The notes under the pieces were generated by a model. The model had not been told where the DNA came from and did not search any database. It saw only the letters and a list, made by a program, of their open reading frames with translations. A program made the position numbers and the translations under genes. From contig CM022670.1 in assembly GCA_012295275.1 (NCBI GenBank), forward strand, positions 8,060,001 to 8,124,000: a stretch of DNA of 64,000 bases, given 5' to 3'. This DNA comes from Chrysomallon squamiferum. Lineage: Eukaryota > Animalia > Mollusca. This document shows, one piece after another, positions 41,216 through 53,883 of the stretch. How positions within the stretch are numbered: position 1 is the stretch's first letter; every line of letters starts with the position of its first letter.

Positions 41216-43598
41216 ACACAGAAGAAACATCTTGGTAAACTTATGTATATAATGGAATTATGCATTATTATTAAGTAAAGATTAAATAATCTGATTAGGA
41301 ACACCACAGTCAAAAAAATCAAGACAACAAAATGTACAAAATATACATGTATTTTTTTTAAACTTTTAAAAAGCAAAATAGAAAGTAAATATATAACAAA
41401 ACAAAAACATTTACACACAGCTTTAAGTATCATTTATAACTACCGATTAAATAATTAGGAAAAAAAAGGTTAGGTCAGATAAAATGTTGATAAATGTTTA
41501 TAAATACAGATTAAATAAGATAATTTATAAATAAAATCAGCTAAGATATTCAGATAAGAGTGGAACATGAAGAAAAAACATTTATTAATAATTTGTAATT
41601 TTGTTAATAGAATTATACTGATTAAACAGAAATTTGGGCAAGGTAAATATATCTGTATCATAAAATATTTGTAAAATGTTTCAACTATTTAAAAATAAAT
41701 AGCAGTTATCCTCACATGAAATCAAAGTTACGAATTTTAGATAAAATATTATTTTAAACTCAACAGGAATTTATGAAATTATTTAATATATTCCACAGAA
41801 ATTATTATAGAAATTAAGAAAAAATTTAATAAAATTGCACAGGCATTCAAGAAATAATTTAATGCATTATATGAACTTAATATATTTGTAAAACTTACTT
41901 TCATTATGTTAATTAAATGTCAAGAAACACTGAATATTTTGTTGACATTTGTTAGCATAATTTTTTTATTTATATGTTTGCATTCTTTTAGATTTATGCA
42001 GGTTTCTGTTAGTTAAAAGAAGGTTTAATCAACATTTTGCAATTAACAACTGAAAAAAAAATAAAAATAAAAATAAATAAAAAATTATTATAAAGAAAGT
42101 GAAAAATACAATGAAGTTGTTCTTGATGGACACAAAGTAAAGTCAGTGGTTTCCGATGCAGTGTGCAGAGGCAGGATGCACCATGCCAGGGTGTGATACA
42201 TGGTCGTAGCCAATGTTTACACACTGATGAACAAACAGATAACATAGTTCCTGCATGGCAGCGTGCACGCTGTTAACTTACTGCTGAGGACTGCAGTCAG
42301 CAAATGTTTAATAACATCGTCATCAACACTCCATTCAGTAACCGAAATTTAAAAATACACTCGATTTGTTTGAGTGTATCACTGTACTGCAATTTGACAG
42401 ACTATGTCAAAAGATTCAAAAGGCAGACTATTATCTGTCATATCTTTTCTTCTTTATGTTTCGTATGTGTGAGTTCAGTTTAGTGACAATGTTTTTGAGT
42501 TATTGAACTTCCATTTAACTCGGGTTCATTTACGCATAAATAGACACACACATGCAATGCAACAAATATAATTTATTAATTATTGTTATATTAAATACAT
42601 TTGCAAAAACAGAAATGATATTGGGACAGATGAGAGATTATGTTGTGTTCTTTTTCTCTGCTTCTGTTTCTGAAACCACTGTTAATTATATGTTATAAAT
42701 GTCATAATCAAATCAATAAACATCTTATTAACAAATGTTTTTTTGACAGTTAAATTAGTGTTTAAGACACTTTTTAATATTAACAATCAGATATAAAAGT
42801 CTTCTTGTATAATATGAAAGATGATACCTACAGCTGCTATTTTAAAGTCTACTTTTATCAATTAATGAATAATACATTTTTGCTTTCAGAAACAGTAAAA
42901 TTGATAATTTAACGTTTGTAATTATTTTTCTTTTTTTTCCTTCATTTTAAACCTGCAGTCAGTATTTGTTATATGATTTAAAAAAAAAAAATTTAAATCT
43001 TATTTGACATATGCATATCAACAATACATAGCCTTTTAACTTCAGATTACCAAAGAAAAAACATCGACAGCCTTTATAACAAAATATTTTAAAGACATCT
43101 ACACCAGTAATATTCAATGTCATTAAAACTGCTTCCTGAATATCAAAGAGATGGGACCAGTAAAAGCTACAGCAACTGTTCCAGGTGATTAGACACAAGT
43201 TACAAATTAATCTGGTGGTATCAGTGTGGAACTGAAGTCTAATAAAATAACACATTACTACAGGTGTGTACATTAACCGTGACAAGTGTGGGTCCACATC
43301 GGGCTACAGATCTGATTAACTGGAGCCTTGGCTAGCTGCAGGGAAAGATAATTTTCTCTGTACAGCAGAAGCAGTCATCCTGAACAAATGTTAAGATGGA
43401 CCAGTGTGTGAATCAAAGAAAAGAAAGATATGTGACTGGGTTAATGACAGTCTTCCTGCATCATATTAACAATATCCACCATACATCTATGTAATAAACT
43501 GAAACCAGCCAAGTCATACCTCTCACAGATAAGAGGTTATTTTACAGTGTTATCTGTTAGTTTGTTATGATCAGAATACTTTAACATTTAGGCTGGTG

Positions 43599-43635
<37 letters not shown>

Positions 43636-44754
43636 AAAAAAGGAAAGGATTTTTAAAGAACAATGTTTAAAAATTATCTGACACATTTGTAATGAAAGAA
43701 AATTGTTTGTGATAATAACATTGTCAGTCACTCATTTCAAATTTGCTTATGTTCAGTGAAGGTTCAAGCATGTGTTTATTACTTACATTCCAAGGATTTG
43801 CATTGTTGAAATGTTTTGTGCTGAATTTTAGTTAGAAACAAGTCAGGATGATGTAGCTTAAAATACATTTTAAATATAGCTGTGGATAAAAACAGGACCA
43901 GGATTCTGATCCAAAAAGTTCCAGTTTATAGGTTAACCACTGCGGTAATATGACTGAAATAACATCTTCAAGGCTAACAAGTAAAGCACACTGACATTAA
44001 CAATGTTATTTACAACTGTGTATTCCAATGCTGTGATTGTCTAATTATGGAAATGTGCAAAACTAGTGTGTATTAGGCTATTAGAGTTAATGTGAATGAA
44101 CATAGGAAATAAAATAAGTGTCATAAATAACACTATTCTGTAACTGCCATTTTATTTCCTACTGTATTTTGGTGAGGTGTCTTTTTTGTTTGCTTTTTTT
44201 TTTTTTTGTATTGGAGGGTTTTAATTTAGAAGATTTTTTTCTTTCTTTTTGTCATTTAAGAAGAAAAAATATTTTCAAATTATATATATTACATAATCAT
44301 TTAAGTATTCAGTGAAATGTTAATGCCATTAAGAACTTGTGAATGTCTGTCTGTAACACACTATTGTCAATAAACAACTTAGTCCAAATTCCCCTGCTTA
44401 ACAACGTCTTGACTATGCAGCCTATTCAGTTACAAACATCTGCGTTTTTCAATTCATTCAGTAGCCAGCCAAGTGCGAAAATCACTTTTGCACAACAATG
44501 AGGGAAGAAATGTAGCTATTTAACTCATACTATATTCAAATTTTCAAAATGTCTGTTTTTTCAAATACAACTGTTCTTTAAAATTTATATTCATATGCAC
44601 CTTTATTCTTTACCTGAATGTGTAAAAAAAAAAAATAAAAGTTTCTCTGGAAAATACAATGTATCAAAGTTTGTAAATATCCTTACTTTAACATATTTAA
44701 TATTTCATTGTCACATTATTCTATGATATTAGATATAAACATATACATATATAC

Positions 44755-44758
<4 letters not shown>

Positions 44759-44827
<69 letters not shown>
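44759..44827. repeat. (AG)~34 microsatellite
   Basis: Direct read. Confidence 0.98.
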
Positions 44828-44831
<4 letters not shown>

Positions 44832-44999
44832 GTAATAACTATATATTTATATTTTCAATGGAATATTCCATGCAAGTACAGAGATATATATTTACAATAC
44901 TGATTTAAATTAGTTCGTTACATTTAATGAATTAAATCAGTTTAAAAGATGTTACATAACATTTTATTGCTGATTTTTTCTTCGTGAGAAAATGTCCCA

Positions 45000-45190
45000 T
45001 TTATGATAAATAAATGGATGCTTAATGAATCCCTGAAGCATTTTTTTATTAATAGTTTTGATGTGCTATTATATATTTTATGTACAATAATATGAGAAAG
45101 TAAAGCTCCATATGTTACTCTTAGTCGGTTAGCAGCAAGTGATGTTTTATCTATGCCTTCTCACAGAAAGAGAACACACTGCACACTCAG
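45000..45190 (-). mobile_element. Decayed SINE copy
   Basis: ttagcagcaagtgatgttttatctatgccttctcacaga matches the core at 17340. Weaker relics lie near 1120-1170, 30820-30905 and (inverted) 55940-56030. Confidence 0.5.
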
Positions 45191-45987
45191 ATAACTTTTG
45201 TGTGCTGTGATAAAAACTATTTCTCTCATGCAAGCTTTTTGTTCTTATTTAACTAAAATAGTAATTTAATTTAATGCTTCATTTTTGGGGGTGTTTTTTT
45301 GTCCCCACCCCTTCAGATTGCACTGTATAACTCAGCAGGTTTTTTATGGGTAGGAAATTGAACAAACCTGGTATTCTTGGATTCTCAGTCTGTTGTTATT
45401 TTTTAATAAGATTCCACTTACCAGTTTTGATGACATCCCATTATTTGTAAATCTAATTTGTAAATCCAGTGTGAATACTTTCAAAATCTAAATTTAAATT
45501 TTAATATCTCTGAATTTTATATATATTGTAGAAAACATTTTCAACTACAATTTCTTGCATCATCTGATGCAAGAAATACTTTATATGGTTCAACAAGAAT
45601 GACCTTAATAAATATTATTCTGCCTAAAAGTAATATTTGCAAGACTGCTTCTTCATTTTTATAACTATTACAGTGAAAACAATTTGTATACCATTACAGT
45701 GATACCATATAGATTATTTCATTTCCAAGGTATAGCAACTGTATTTTAATTATAGTGGCACAGATTCACTGAATGAAAGGAAATTATACATATCTATTAT
45801 CAAGTTATATACTGTAACAGATAGCGTTATATTGTTATTGTATTCATAACAAACCCAATAAATTATCCAATTTGACATCCATACAAAATACTATTCTGTA
45901 GAATTACTGTCACACACACACACGATGAAAACAGAGAAAAAAGTTAACACACACACACACCCTCACATATATACATATATATACATA

Positions 45988-46023
<36 letters not shown>

Positions 46024-46824
46024 CACACACACACACACACACATATATACATATATTAGATTCATACTGATGCAAATTAACTAAGCTGACACACAATAAA
46101 ATATTTCAAATATGTTTAATCCATTAAAGGTTTAGGCACATGTGTATGTGGACATTCTATTCACAACCCAAATGTCATTGTAATACATTCATCATGTTAC
46201 TGCTACTGTGTTAGTTGATATATTAAAAAGAAAAACGAAGCAGCTATCTTACACATTTCACTTAACCTCTGTTTAGAAACCTGTACTAACAAATAAAGAA
46301 ATGTACCAGACACAGTGTGGCCTGCCACTACACATACAAATATGAATGGTATGTTGCAAGAAGTCAAAATTTAGTCATTTTGTAAAAATAATCGAGAGTT
46401 ATGCTTGAGATGTTCGACAGATACTTGTATATGTGTTTATATATTTACATGTAAATAAATATAGGTATATGTTAAAATATGAAAAAAGTGTATGGTGTAT
46501 GAGTAACTTTTCTTTTACATATGTGTTTATGTCTTTTTATGTAAGCACAAATGCATAGGGCTTATCCCACTGAACAGTATATGAAATATGTATATCCTGT
46601 TTTGCAGTAGATTTATACAAACTTTTGGTCTAACATTCTGATTTACTCATATGTCTACTGTATTAATATTAGTGAAAACTGAACAAGATAAAACCGTATT
46701 GTGCATTTTGTGAATAGCAATATTATCCAATAAACTTGAATATATTATTAGACTAAAGTGAATAAGAGAAAAAACACTGGATCCTATAATATATTGGATC
46801 AGGTCAATACTTATAGTAGAACTT

Positions 46825-46826
<2 letters not shown>

Positions 46827-46885
<59 letters not shown>
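46827..46885. repeat. (TAAA)n microsatellite
   Basis: Direct read. Confidence 0.92.
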
Positions 46886-47494
46886 ACAAATAAAATGGAA
46901 AATGTAAAAAATAAATTAGATATTTAATTATTGCAAAATAAGATACAAAAAACTCCATCTACTTTAGTGACTACTAAGTTTTAAAATATATTACATTAAG
47001 TATAGGGTTTATGTAACATTTCTTTCACATAACAAGTAAATAGTCAAACAAAGCCTCTGAATCAGTATCATTATTTCCCAATGTGTTTCTGAGTTAACCA
47101 AATGTAAAATTAATACATTAAAAGCAAGTTTCGTATGACCTTGACCTTAACTGTAAAGCTGTGTACCTCCTAATGTTTATGAATATTGTGTTATCCTGCT
47201 GTTCAAGTAGAGAGAGAATCACTGAAATAATTCATTACATACACTACTACAGTTTTAAAGGGTATAATTATGCTATAGATTTAAAATCCTGAAACGATTA
47301 ACACAGCTGTCTGTTTTTCAACTAATAATGCACTTAGTGTGCAAAATCTTTTAAATATATATTTTGTATATATTAGTATAGGTATGTTCTTGTGCATGTG
47401 TGTGTGTGTGTGTGTTTGAAGAACAATTTGGTCATGATTAAATCCACCAAAATTAATGTTGTAAATGTTATTCATTTTCTAAACTATTTATACA

Positions 47495-47525
<31 letters not shown>

Positions 47526-48373
47526 TATTAAGCTTTAACTTATGGTCTCTTATTATAAATGTACATAAATGTATACTGCTGTCACTAGTTCAGGAAAGTA
47601 TAGAAATAATGAAATTCTGTTTAAATTTACATAGTCATAAATGGGATAAATATTCAATGGATTATTTTGTTTTTTGTTGTTGGGTGGGGGTTTGTGGGGT
47701 GTTTTTTTTTGACATAGTGAACATTTATATGCACTACTTTATTATTTTATCTACAAGTATCTGTTTTCTATGTTTTATTTATTATTATTATTTTTATTAT
47801 TTAATACTGTCATTAGTTATCACCATTTAAGTGTGTCTAAAAGTATTTTATTATGAAATAAAATATACATTTTGTCTTTTCATATTGATATTTAACTCCC
47901 ATGAAAATAAACAATTTGATACTGGGTATTAATGCACAAACATAACTGATTTTTGTATAGATTAAGTTACACATGATTAGACAACTTTGAAAAAAATCAT
48001 AATCATTGAAATAAATATCACTCCATTAATTTGCAAACTGGCCATTGACTGTATGCATCATTTTATCATTTACTCATAATTATGTGAAGAATTAATTTAA
48101 TTAATACATTTTTATTAGAATGTTCTGCTTTCTTGTTTTAATATTTTTTTTTCATTCTTATTCTTAATTATTAATCATGTTATTTTACAAAATTAATTAT
48201 ACATTAAACAGTTAAATCCTGATTCTCTATCTTAAATTGGACCAAAATGTTAAACATTTACATTAAAACTAACATATGATTTGTGTCATGTCAACTTTCG
48301 AGTGACATGTCCCATGTTTTCTTGATTTTTGTTATTTATTTTTTCTGTAAAGTTATTAACATGTGGTTCTCAC

Positions 48374-48390
48374 CTTGGTAGGTCGGACAT
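48374..48390 (-). CDS. AFF4: AFF first coding exon (MSDLP + AG)
   Basis: ggggaaATG TCC GAC CTA CCA AG|gtgaga. The phase-2 donor fits the exon starting at 31181. An upstream acceptor ttccacag|g suggests the exon begins at 48567 with 5'UTR. Confidence 0.75.
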
Positions 48391-48699
48391 TTCCCCGGCT
48401 GTTATTCTGAAGACGTAGGTATTTCAAGTAAAGCCAGGTTGGGTGTTTAGTGAACACAACAGTTCCACAAGCTGTGCAAAATTCAACGCTCACAGTCAAC
48501 AGACTGACGAGACAAGTTGCCCAGAATTAGGCTACATGTTGAAATCTGGAGGTTGAAACCTTTAGTCCTGTGGAATGTAATTATTAATATTTTACAACAG
48601 AAACAACACTGACTTTGATGGTAAATCCATCACAATGTCTTCAACACTGGCTGTATAACACAACATGTCAAATAAACAACATGTTTCCTATTACAATCA

Positions 48700-48800
48700 A
48701 AGTTCGCCATTACATGGATCCAAATCCAAGTAAGGTCGTATTCGACTGGTACTATTTTCTTGACGTCAACTTTCAATTTGACCCCTTTGAAAAAATCGCT
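48700..48800 (-). promoter_or_regulatory. Putative AFF proximal promoter / non-coding first exon with full CRE
   Basis: TGACGTCA at 48771-48778, a local CpG cluster, a YY1-like taatggcg and a possible donor cat|gtaatg (exon end 48714), about 150-200 bp upstream of the 48567 acceptor. Confidence 0.45.
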
Positions 48801-49124
48801 CTAGAAGGAATAAAAGAATATTAGAGTGTGTTCAATGCTTTATATATATATATATATATTTAAACAGAACAATACATTTATGAATATAACAGATATAAAA
48901 ATAAATTTATGTATCCATGAATTACGCCTCTAAAATTGAAATCAGGAAGAAAATATATATATATATGTTTTTATATATGTGTTTGATTTATATACACAAC
49001 TGTCGGTGTCACGGTGTTCCATCAGACAGCTATTTTACAGACTCAAAGATAGAAAGAAGAAAAATGACAGTGAAAGAAAGAACAAAATATTATAAACATA
49101 GCACAGGCTAATGTGAAGATGTAC

Positions 49125-49173
<49 letters not shown>

Positions 49174-50802
49174 TATAATAATAATAATAATTAATAAATA
49201 AATAAATAAAAGCAGAGAAACATATATGTGAATGACTCTTTTTGTCTACTAATAAAAAAAAATTGAATAAATGGCTCTCTTAATGTTTTTTTAATAATAA
49301 ATTAAATGTATTTGTATGTTTTATCGAAAACCCCTGAAAGTACATAGCATTTAAATTATTTTTTGTAATCTTAAAAGTTATTAAATTAAATAATATTGAT
49401 ATAAATCTTCTTCTTTTTCTTTTGTGTTTCCAGCACTGTATTAAAAATACAAACTAAAAAAACCAACCAACAACAAAAAATTGCTTTTTATTTTGTCATT
49501 GAATAACAATAACAATAATGAAAAACGTTCATAACTACGCAGAGCAATCACCAACAAGCAACAGGAGTTGTTTCCCTTTAAATAATACCAATATAATTTG
49601 TACCTAACTACGAAATAATATATTTTCGAACATTATCTTAAGCTTATTCATCTACTGATAATATGAAGATAAGACAGATATTTCATTTCTTAATTGAGAC
49701 AACAATAAACAACGACATCAAATAATAATAACGATGCCTTTTATTTTAGTTAAAGCCTTTTATTTTTTAATGAATAATCCTTTAATTATGAAACCCAAAT
49801 AATAACAACAACAACAACAATAATAATGATGATGAAAATGATGGATGATGGTGATGATGATGAGATAATCATGATAACGATGAATAAACCCAAAACAAAA
49901 CAAAAAACCCAACTAAATCAATCAGTGTAATCCATGGTTTAATAAGTAGAAATTTCAAAATGTTGGCCATAATTATTTATGTTACTTGTTCCTTAATAAC
50001 GTTTATTTATTTTTTATTTTTTTTTACTTACTTTATTTTTTTTTTATTATTAATGTTGTTTTCATCATCTTGTCCTCATGATTATTGTTTCTTATTTTAT
50101 GTTTTTTTTTTTTCCTACAATTCTGAAAATGTTCTGTTTTCAAATGGATACGATGCTTTTATACATTATTTTAATTGTAATTTTTATGTTTTCATTAGCA
50201 ATCGTAATTCATACCACCTCACATTTTCATTTGCCTATCAATATTATTTGTCAATATTGAAATGTTTGACCGCGAGAATTTAGAGCAAATTATATAGTAT
50301 TTGTTGAGTAGAAAATCATATTCTTCTTGTATTTACTAATAATATTCATCCGCAACAGCTGACTGCAAGAACGAAATGCGGATTATTTTCTAAATACATC
50401 AAGCATATTTCGAATATTTTGAAGTAGTTACACTTTAGGTGTATGTTTAATTACAAAATTAATAATATCAAACACCTTTTCAAAATATTTTAAAGAACAT
50501 TCAAAATACAAAGAACTACTTTTAGCAGTGGAGTAGCAGGATGAAGTCAGGTTTACGTCAAGTAAAATCACGTGATCATATAACGTATCTAAATTTAGAC
50601 TGATATGAAGAGAATCTAAACCGAAACTAAACATAACTTCGTAACTGTACTCCCTCTTTGTGTTTTTTGTTTGTTTGTTTGTTAGTTTATTCATGCGAGT
50701 ACAGTACCGGGAAGCAGTAGGCAAGTGGCTTCCCACATTCGGGAAAAACAGTGGGGGAAATTTTGGAAAGTCAAGAAGAAACATGTTTAACACTGCCCAT
50801 CA

Positions 50803-50860
<58 letters not shown>

Positions 50861-51149
50861 CACCATTAATATTATTAATTGCAAATAATATAGATCAAAG
50901 AAAGAATATGTGACTGACAGATTTCTAAATTGGAAACTGCTTTAATACAGAATATATCTAAAGTTCACAATAACATAATCGCATTAAAAAACAACAATCC
51001 AAGTACTTTGTAATAAAATTAAAATAGTTGTCAAGTAAAGTGGTGACGTAATAATGAAATACATAATATTACATTTGTTTGTTTACCATGTTTAAATCAA
51101 AAGGTCAACATTACAGTGTGCCGTAGTATATGTATGACACTTTTTCAAA

Positions 51150-51612
51150 CGCACAGACACATGCACCATATATACAGATAAACATTCACATACACACACA
51201 ATACACACAGATAAATATAAACATACACAGACACACACCATACTTACAGATAAATATACACATACACACTAACATACACATGCACTTATATACAATATAC
51301 ACAGCACATGTATACACCATGCATACAGATAAATACACATATACAAACATACATATGCACATACATACACCATACGTACAAACATACACTTATACAGAAA
51401 ACTATATATGCACATATATACACCATACATACTGATTAACATAGACACACATACAAATAAACACATGAACACATGATACACATGTATATATATACACACC
51501 ATACCTACAGTTAAATATACACTTAGACAAAGACATACACATGCACACATACACACCATACATACAGATAAATATACACATACCCACAAACATACAGAAG
51601 CACACACACACA
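51150..51612. repeat. CA-rich degenerate minisatellite (cacaccatacatacagataaatatacacata)
   Basis: The unit recurs about 8 times and explains the spurious C/V/M-rich ORFs. Confidence 0.8.
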
Positions 51613-52279
51613 ATACATACTGTGATAAACATACTCAGAGACAAATAAGCAAAAGCATGCCAGTATGAAAAAAAAAATTGACGAATACAAAGAAAATTAA
51701 CTGATGTTGAGGGATGCAAAAAGTTAAAGGGTGATTTAGATATATTACAGAATTCAAATTATGGAAAATGTAGTAGTAGTAATAGAAGGCAGTTTATTTA
51801 TTTTATAAAATAAAATACATTTTTTTAATCAGTGTGACTAAAATTAACACAACCCCTTGATTTTCCTTGATAATAGAACAGTAATGAATTATTTTTTATC
51901 ATGTTATGCACTTGCAATATTCAAGAAAAACTTCCTTCTTCTTCTTCTCCTTTTAATAAAAATAACTGAAAGAGTTTTAAGTTATAAGAAAGAAAAATAC
52001 TGTCCTTGACAAAGAAAGGTGAAGTTTTAAAAAACTTGTTCTGTTGATGTTATCACTGGTCAGGGACTTGTCAGATGAATTATGATCAAATATTTAAAAA
52101 CTGAATAATGATGGTGATAATATCTGATATAAATTCATATTGAGATAAGTTATTACACTAAAAATATTCCTTACTTTTGCCGAATTATTCCCCTTTTTTA
52201 TTTACTATTCATTGGAATATAAATCTTTTTATAACTATTTACTTGAAATAATGCTGTTGATGATAATAACTGTCTCCAC

Positions 52280-52454
52280 AAATGTCGACCAACATTCAAT
52301 CCGCTGTACCTACGTAAAACATTCGAATACCTTTATTGGGCCTCCGTGGAATTGGTATTTATTTTTTGCCTCCTTAATGGTGCCTCTGTGTAGAACGCTA
52401 TACACATTCCCACAATACACTGCTGACTTACATGTGAAAATCTACAAAATGGCG
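52280..52454 (+). promoter_or_regulatory. Putative GLYR1 promoter/5'UTR
   Basis: CpG-enriched; two inverted CCAAT boxes (ATTGG at 52335 and 52351); YY1-type CAAAATGGCG overlapping the start codon. Confidence 0.5.
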
Positions 52455-52483
52455 ACAAAGTTGAAAGTTGGAGATCTTGTATG
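52449..52483 (+). CDS. GLYR1: GLYR1-like exon 1 (MATKLKVGDLVW)
   Basis: caaaATGgcg Kozak context; tg|gtaagc donor, phase 2. Confidence 0.92.
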
Positions 52484-52580
52484 GTAAGCTTTATAGATGA
52501 ATTAATTAATGCATTTATTATCACAACATGTTGTCATCGGAATGAATAGATTTTACATCATTATTTTTTATTTTTTTCAG

Positions 52581-52617
52581 GGCGAAGATGAAGGGCTTTC
52601 CTGCATGGCCGGGAAAG
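52581..52617 (+). CDS. GLYR1: GLYR1-like exon 2 (AKMKGFPAWPGK; PWWP motif as PAWP)
   Basis: tttttcag|g...aag|gtttgt; phases consistent. Confidence 0.93.
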
Positions 52618-53800
52618 GTTTGTTTTTATGGAGTTGCCGGCGTTTAACAGACGACTTGGGTTCTCATTGTGTTTTGAAGTGTTTTGTTTGCTTGAAATGT
52701 TAAAGAAATGAATTTATTTGATGCCTTAAATGATAATACTGATAATAATTTTGTCACATACTATTTTTCATTAAAGCGTAGTAGCAAATATGTTTCGTAC
52801 GACAGCAAACAATACTATTTTATGTAGGGTCTTGCAGAGTTATCAGCCCCTTGACCAGCACTGAGACATCAAATCACAACATTTTGGTCTCTTTGTTTGT
52901 GCTGTTTAAATGCTATAACTGGAACCTTAACTGAAAGTGTTTTGAGAAAGGAAAACTGTTTTTATAATCAAAATGATTAATTATAAAAGTTAAGGATCCT
53001 AAAATTAATCCTTGAAACTCAGGGATTGTCAGTTCTAATAGTAATAAATGCTTTTTGTTGCATTATTATACTTCTTATAGTTTATACATGTCATTACTTT
53101 GGTATTTTAGAAAGTTATTATCATTTCAAACTGATAGCTGTCTCACAGATAGGTTTAATAAAAATATGCTGTAATATTGTTTTGTTTTTATTATTAATTA
53201 GTCAAAACTACAAACTGTAGCCAAATATACAACTGCTGTTTTATGAATCTTAAGACTTTAATTGTACTATGCTGATGATCTAATAGTTTCAGCATTTTAA
53301 AATTATATGTATATTATAAAAATATTTTTATTTAATTGCTATCTGACACCTGAAACTAACATTTTTATAATCTGTTTTTAGATATATTTGCATTTAATCA
53401 TATTGAAAACATTTATGTTAAGCCTCAACACAATATGCAAAACAAACTATTAAATTAAATGTTGGATTTATACATTAATGATCTAAATAAAAAATTTCTT
53501 TTGAATCAAGTACATTTGTGTTACTGGAAATTGCATAATTACATGAATGATATATTTTAGTCAAATTTAATCTGTTGTGGTACTTAATAATTGCTGACAA
53601 TAAATGAATAATTTCTACTTACATTTAAAATAACATCTTTTAAAGAATACTGTTTTATCATCATTATTTTTATGCATTTTCATACCAAAATTTAAAAAAT
53701 ATATATTTTATTTTTAAGTTAATTCTTTATCTTCATAATAATTTAAATAAATGTTTTGAAATATTGTTTGATTTTCATTTAGTATTTTAATTTTTCACAG

Positions 53801-53883
53801 ATAATTGAAGCAAAAGCTGATGTTAAGAGACCATCAAGCAAAAAGCTGCATCACTTCGTGTTCTTCTTTGGATCAGAGAACTA
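53801..53883 (+). CDS. GLYR1: GLYR1-like exon 3 (IIEAKADVKRPSSKKLHHFVFFFGSENY)
   Basis: tttcacag|ata...ta|gtaaga; 83 nt, phase 0 to 2. Confidence 0.93.

Noticed and set aside
47136-47147. TGACCTTGACCT nuclear-receptor DR0
   Set aside because: Isolated motif, and a frequent component of dispersed repeats; no supporting cluster.
50348-50383. atccgca...tgcggat hairpin as a Helitron end or terminator
   Set aside because: 7-bp stem with a long loop and no CTRR terminus; compatible with chance.
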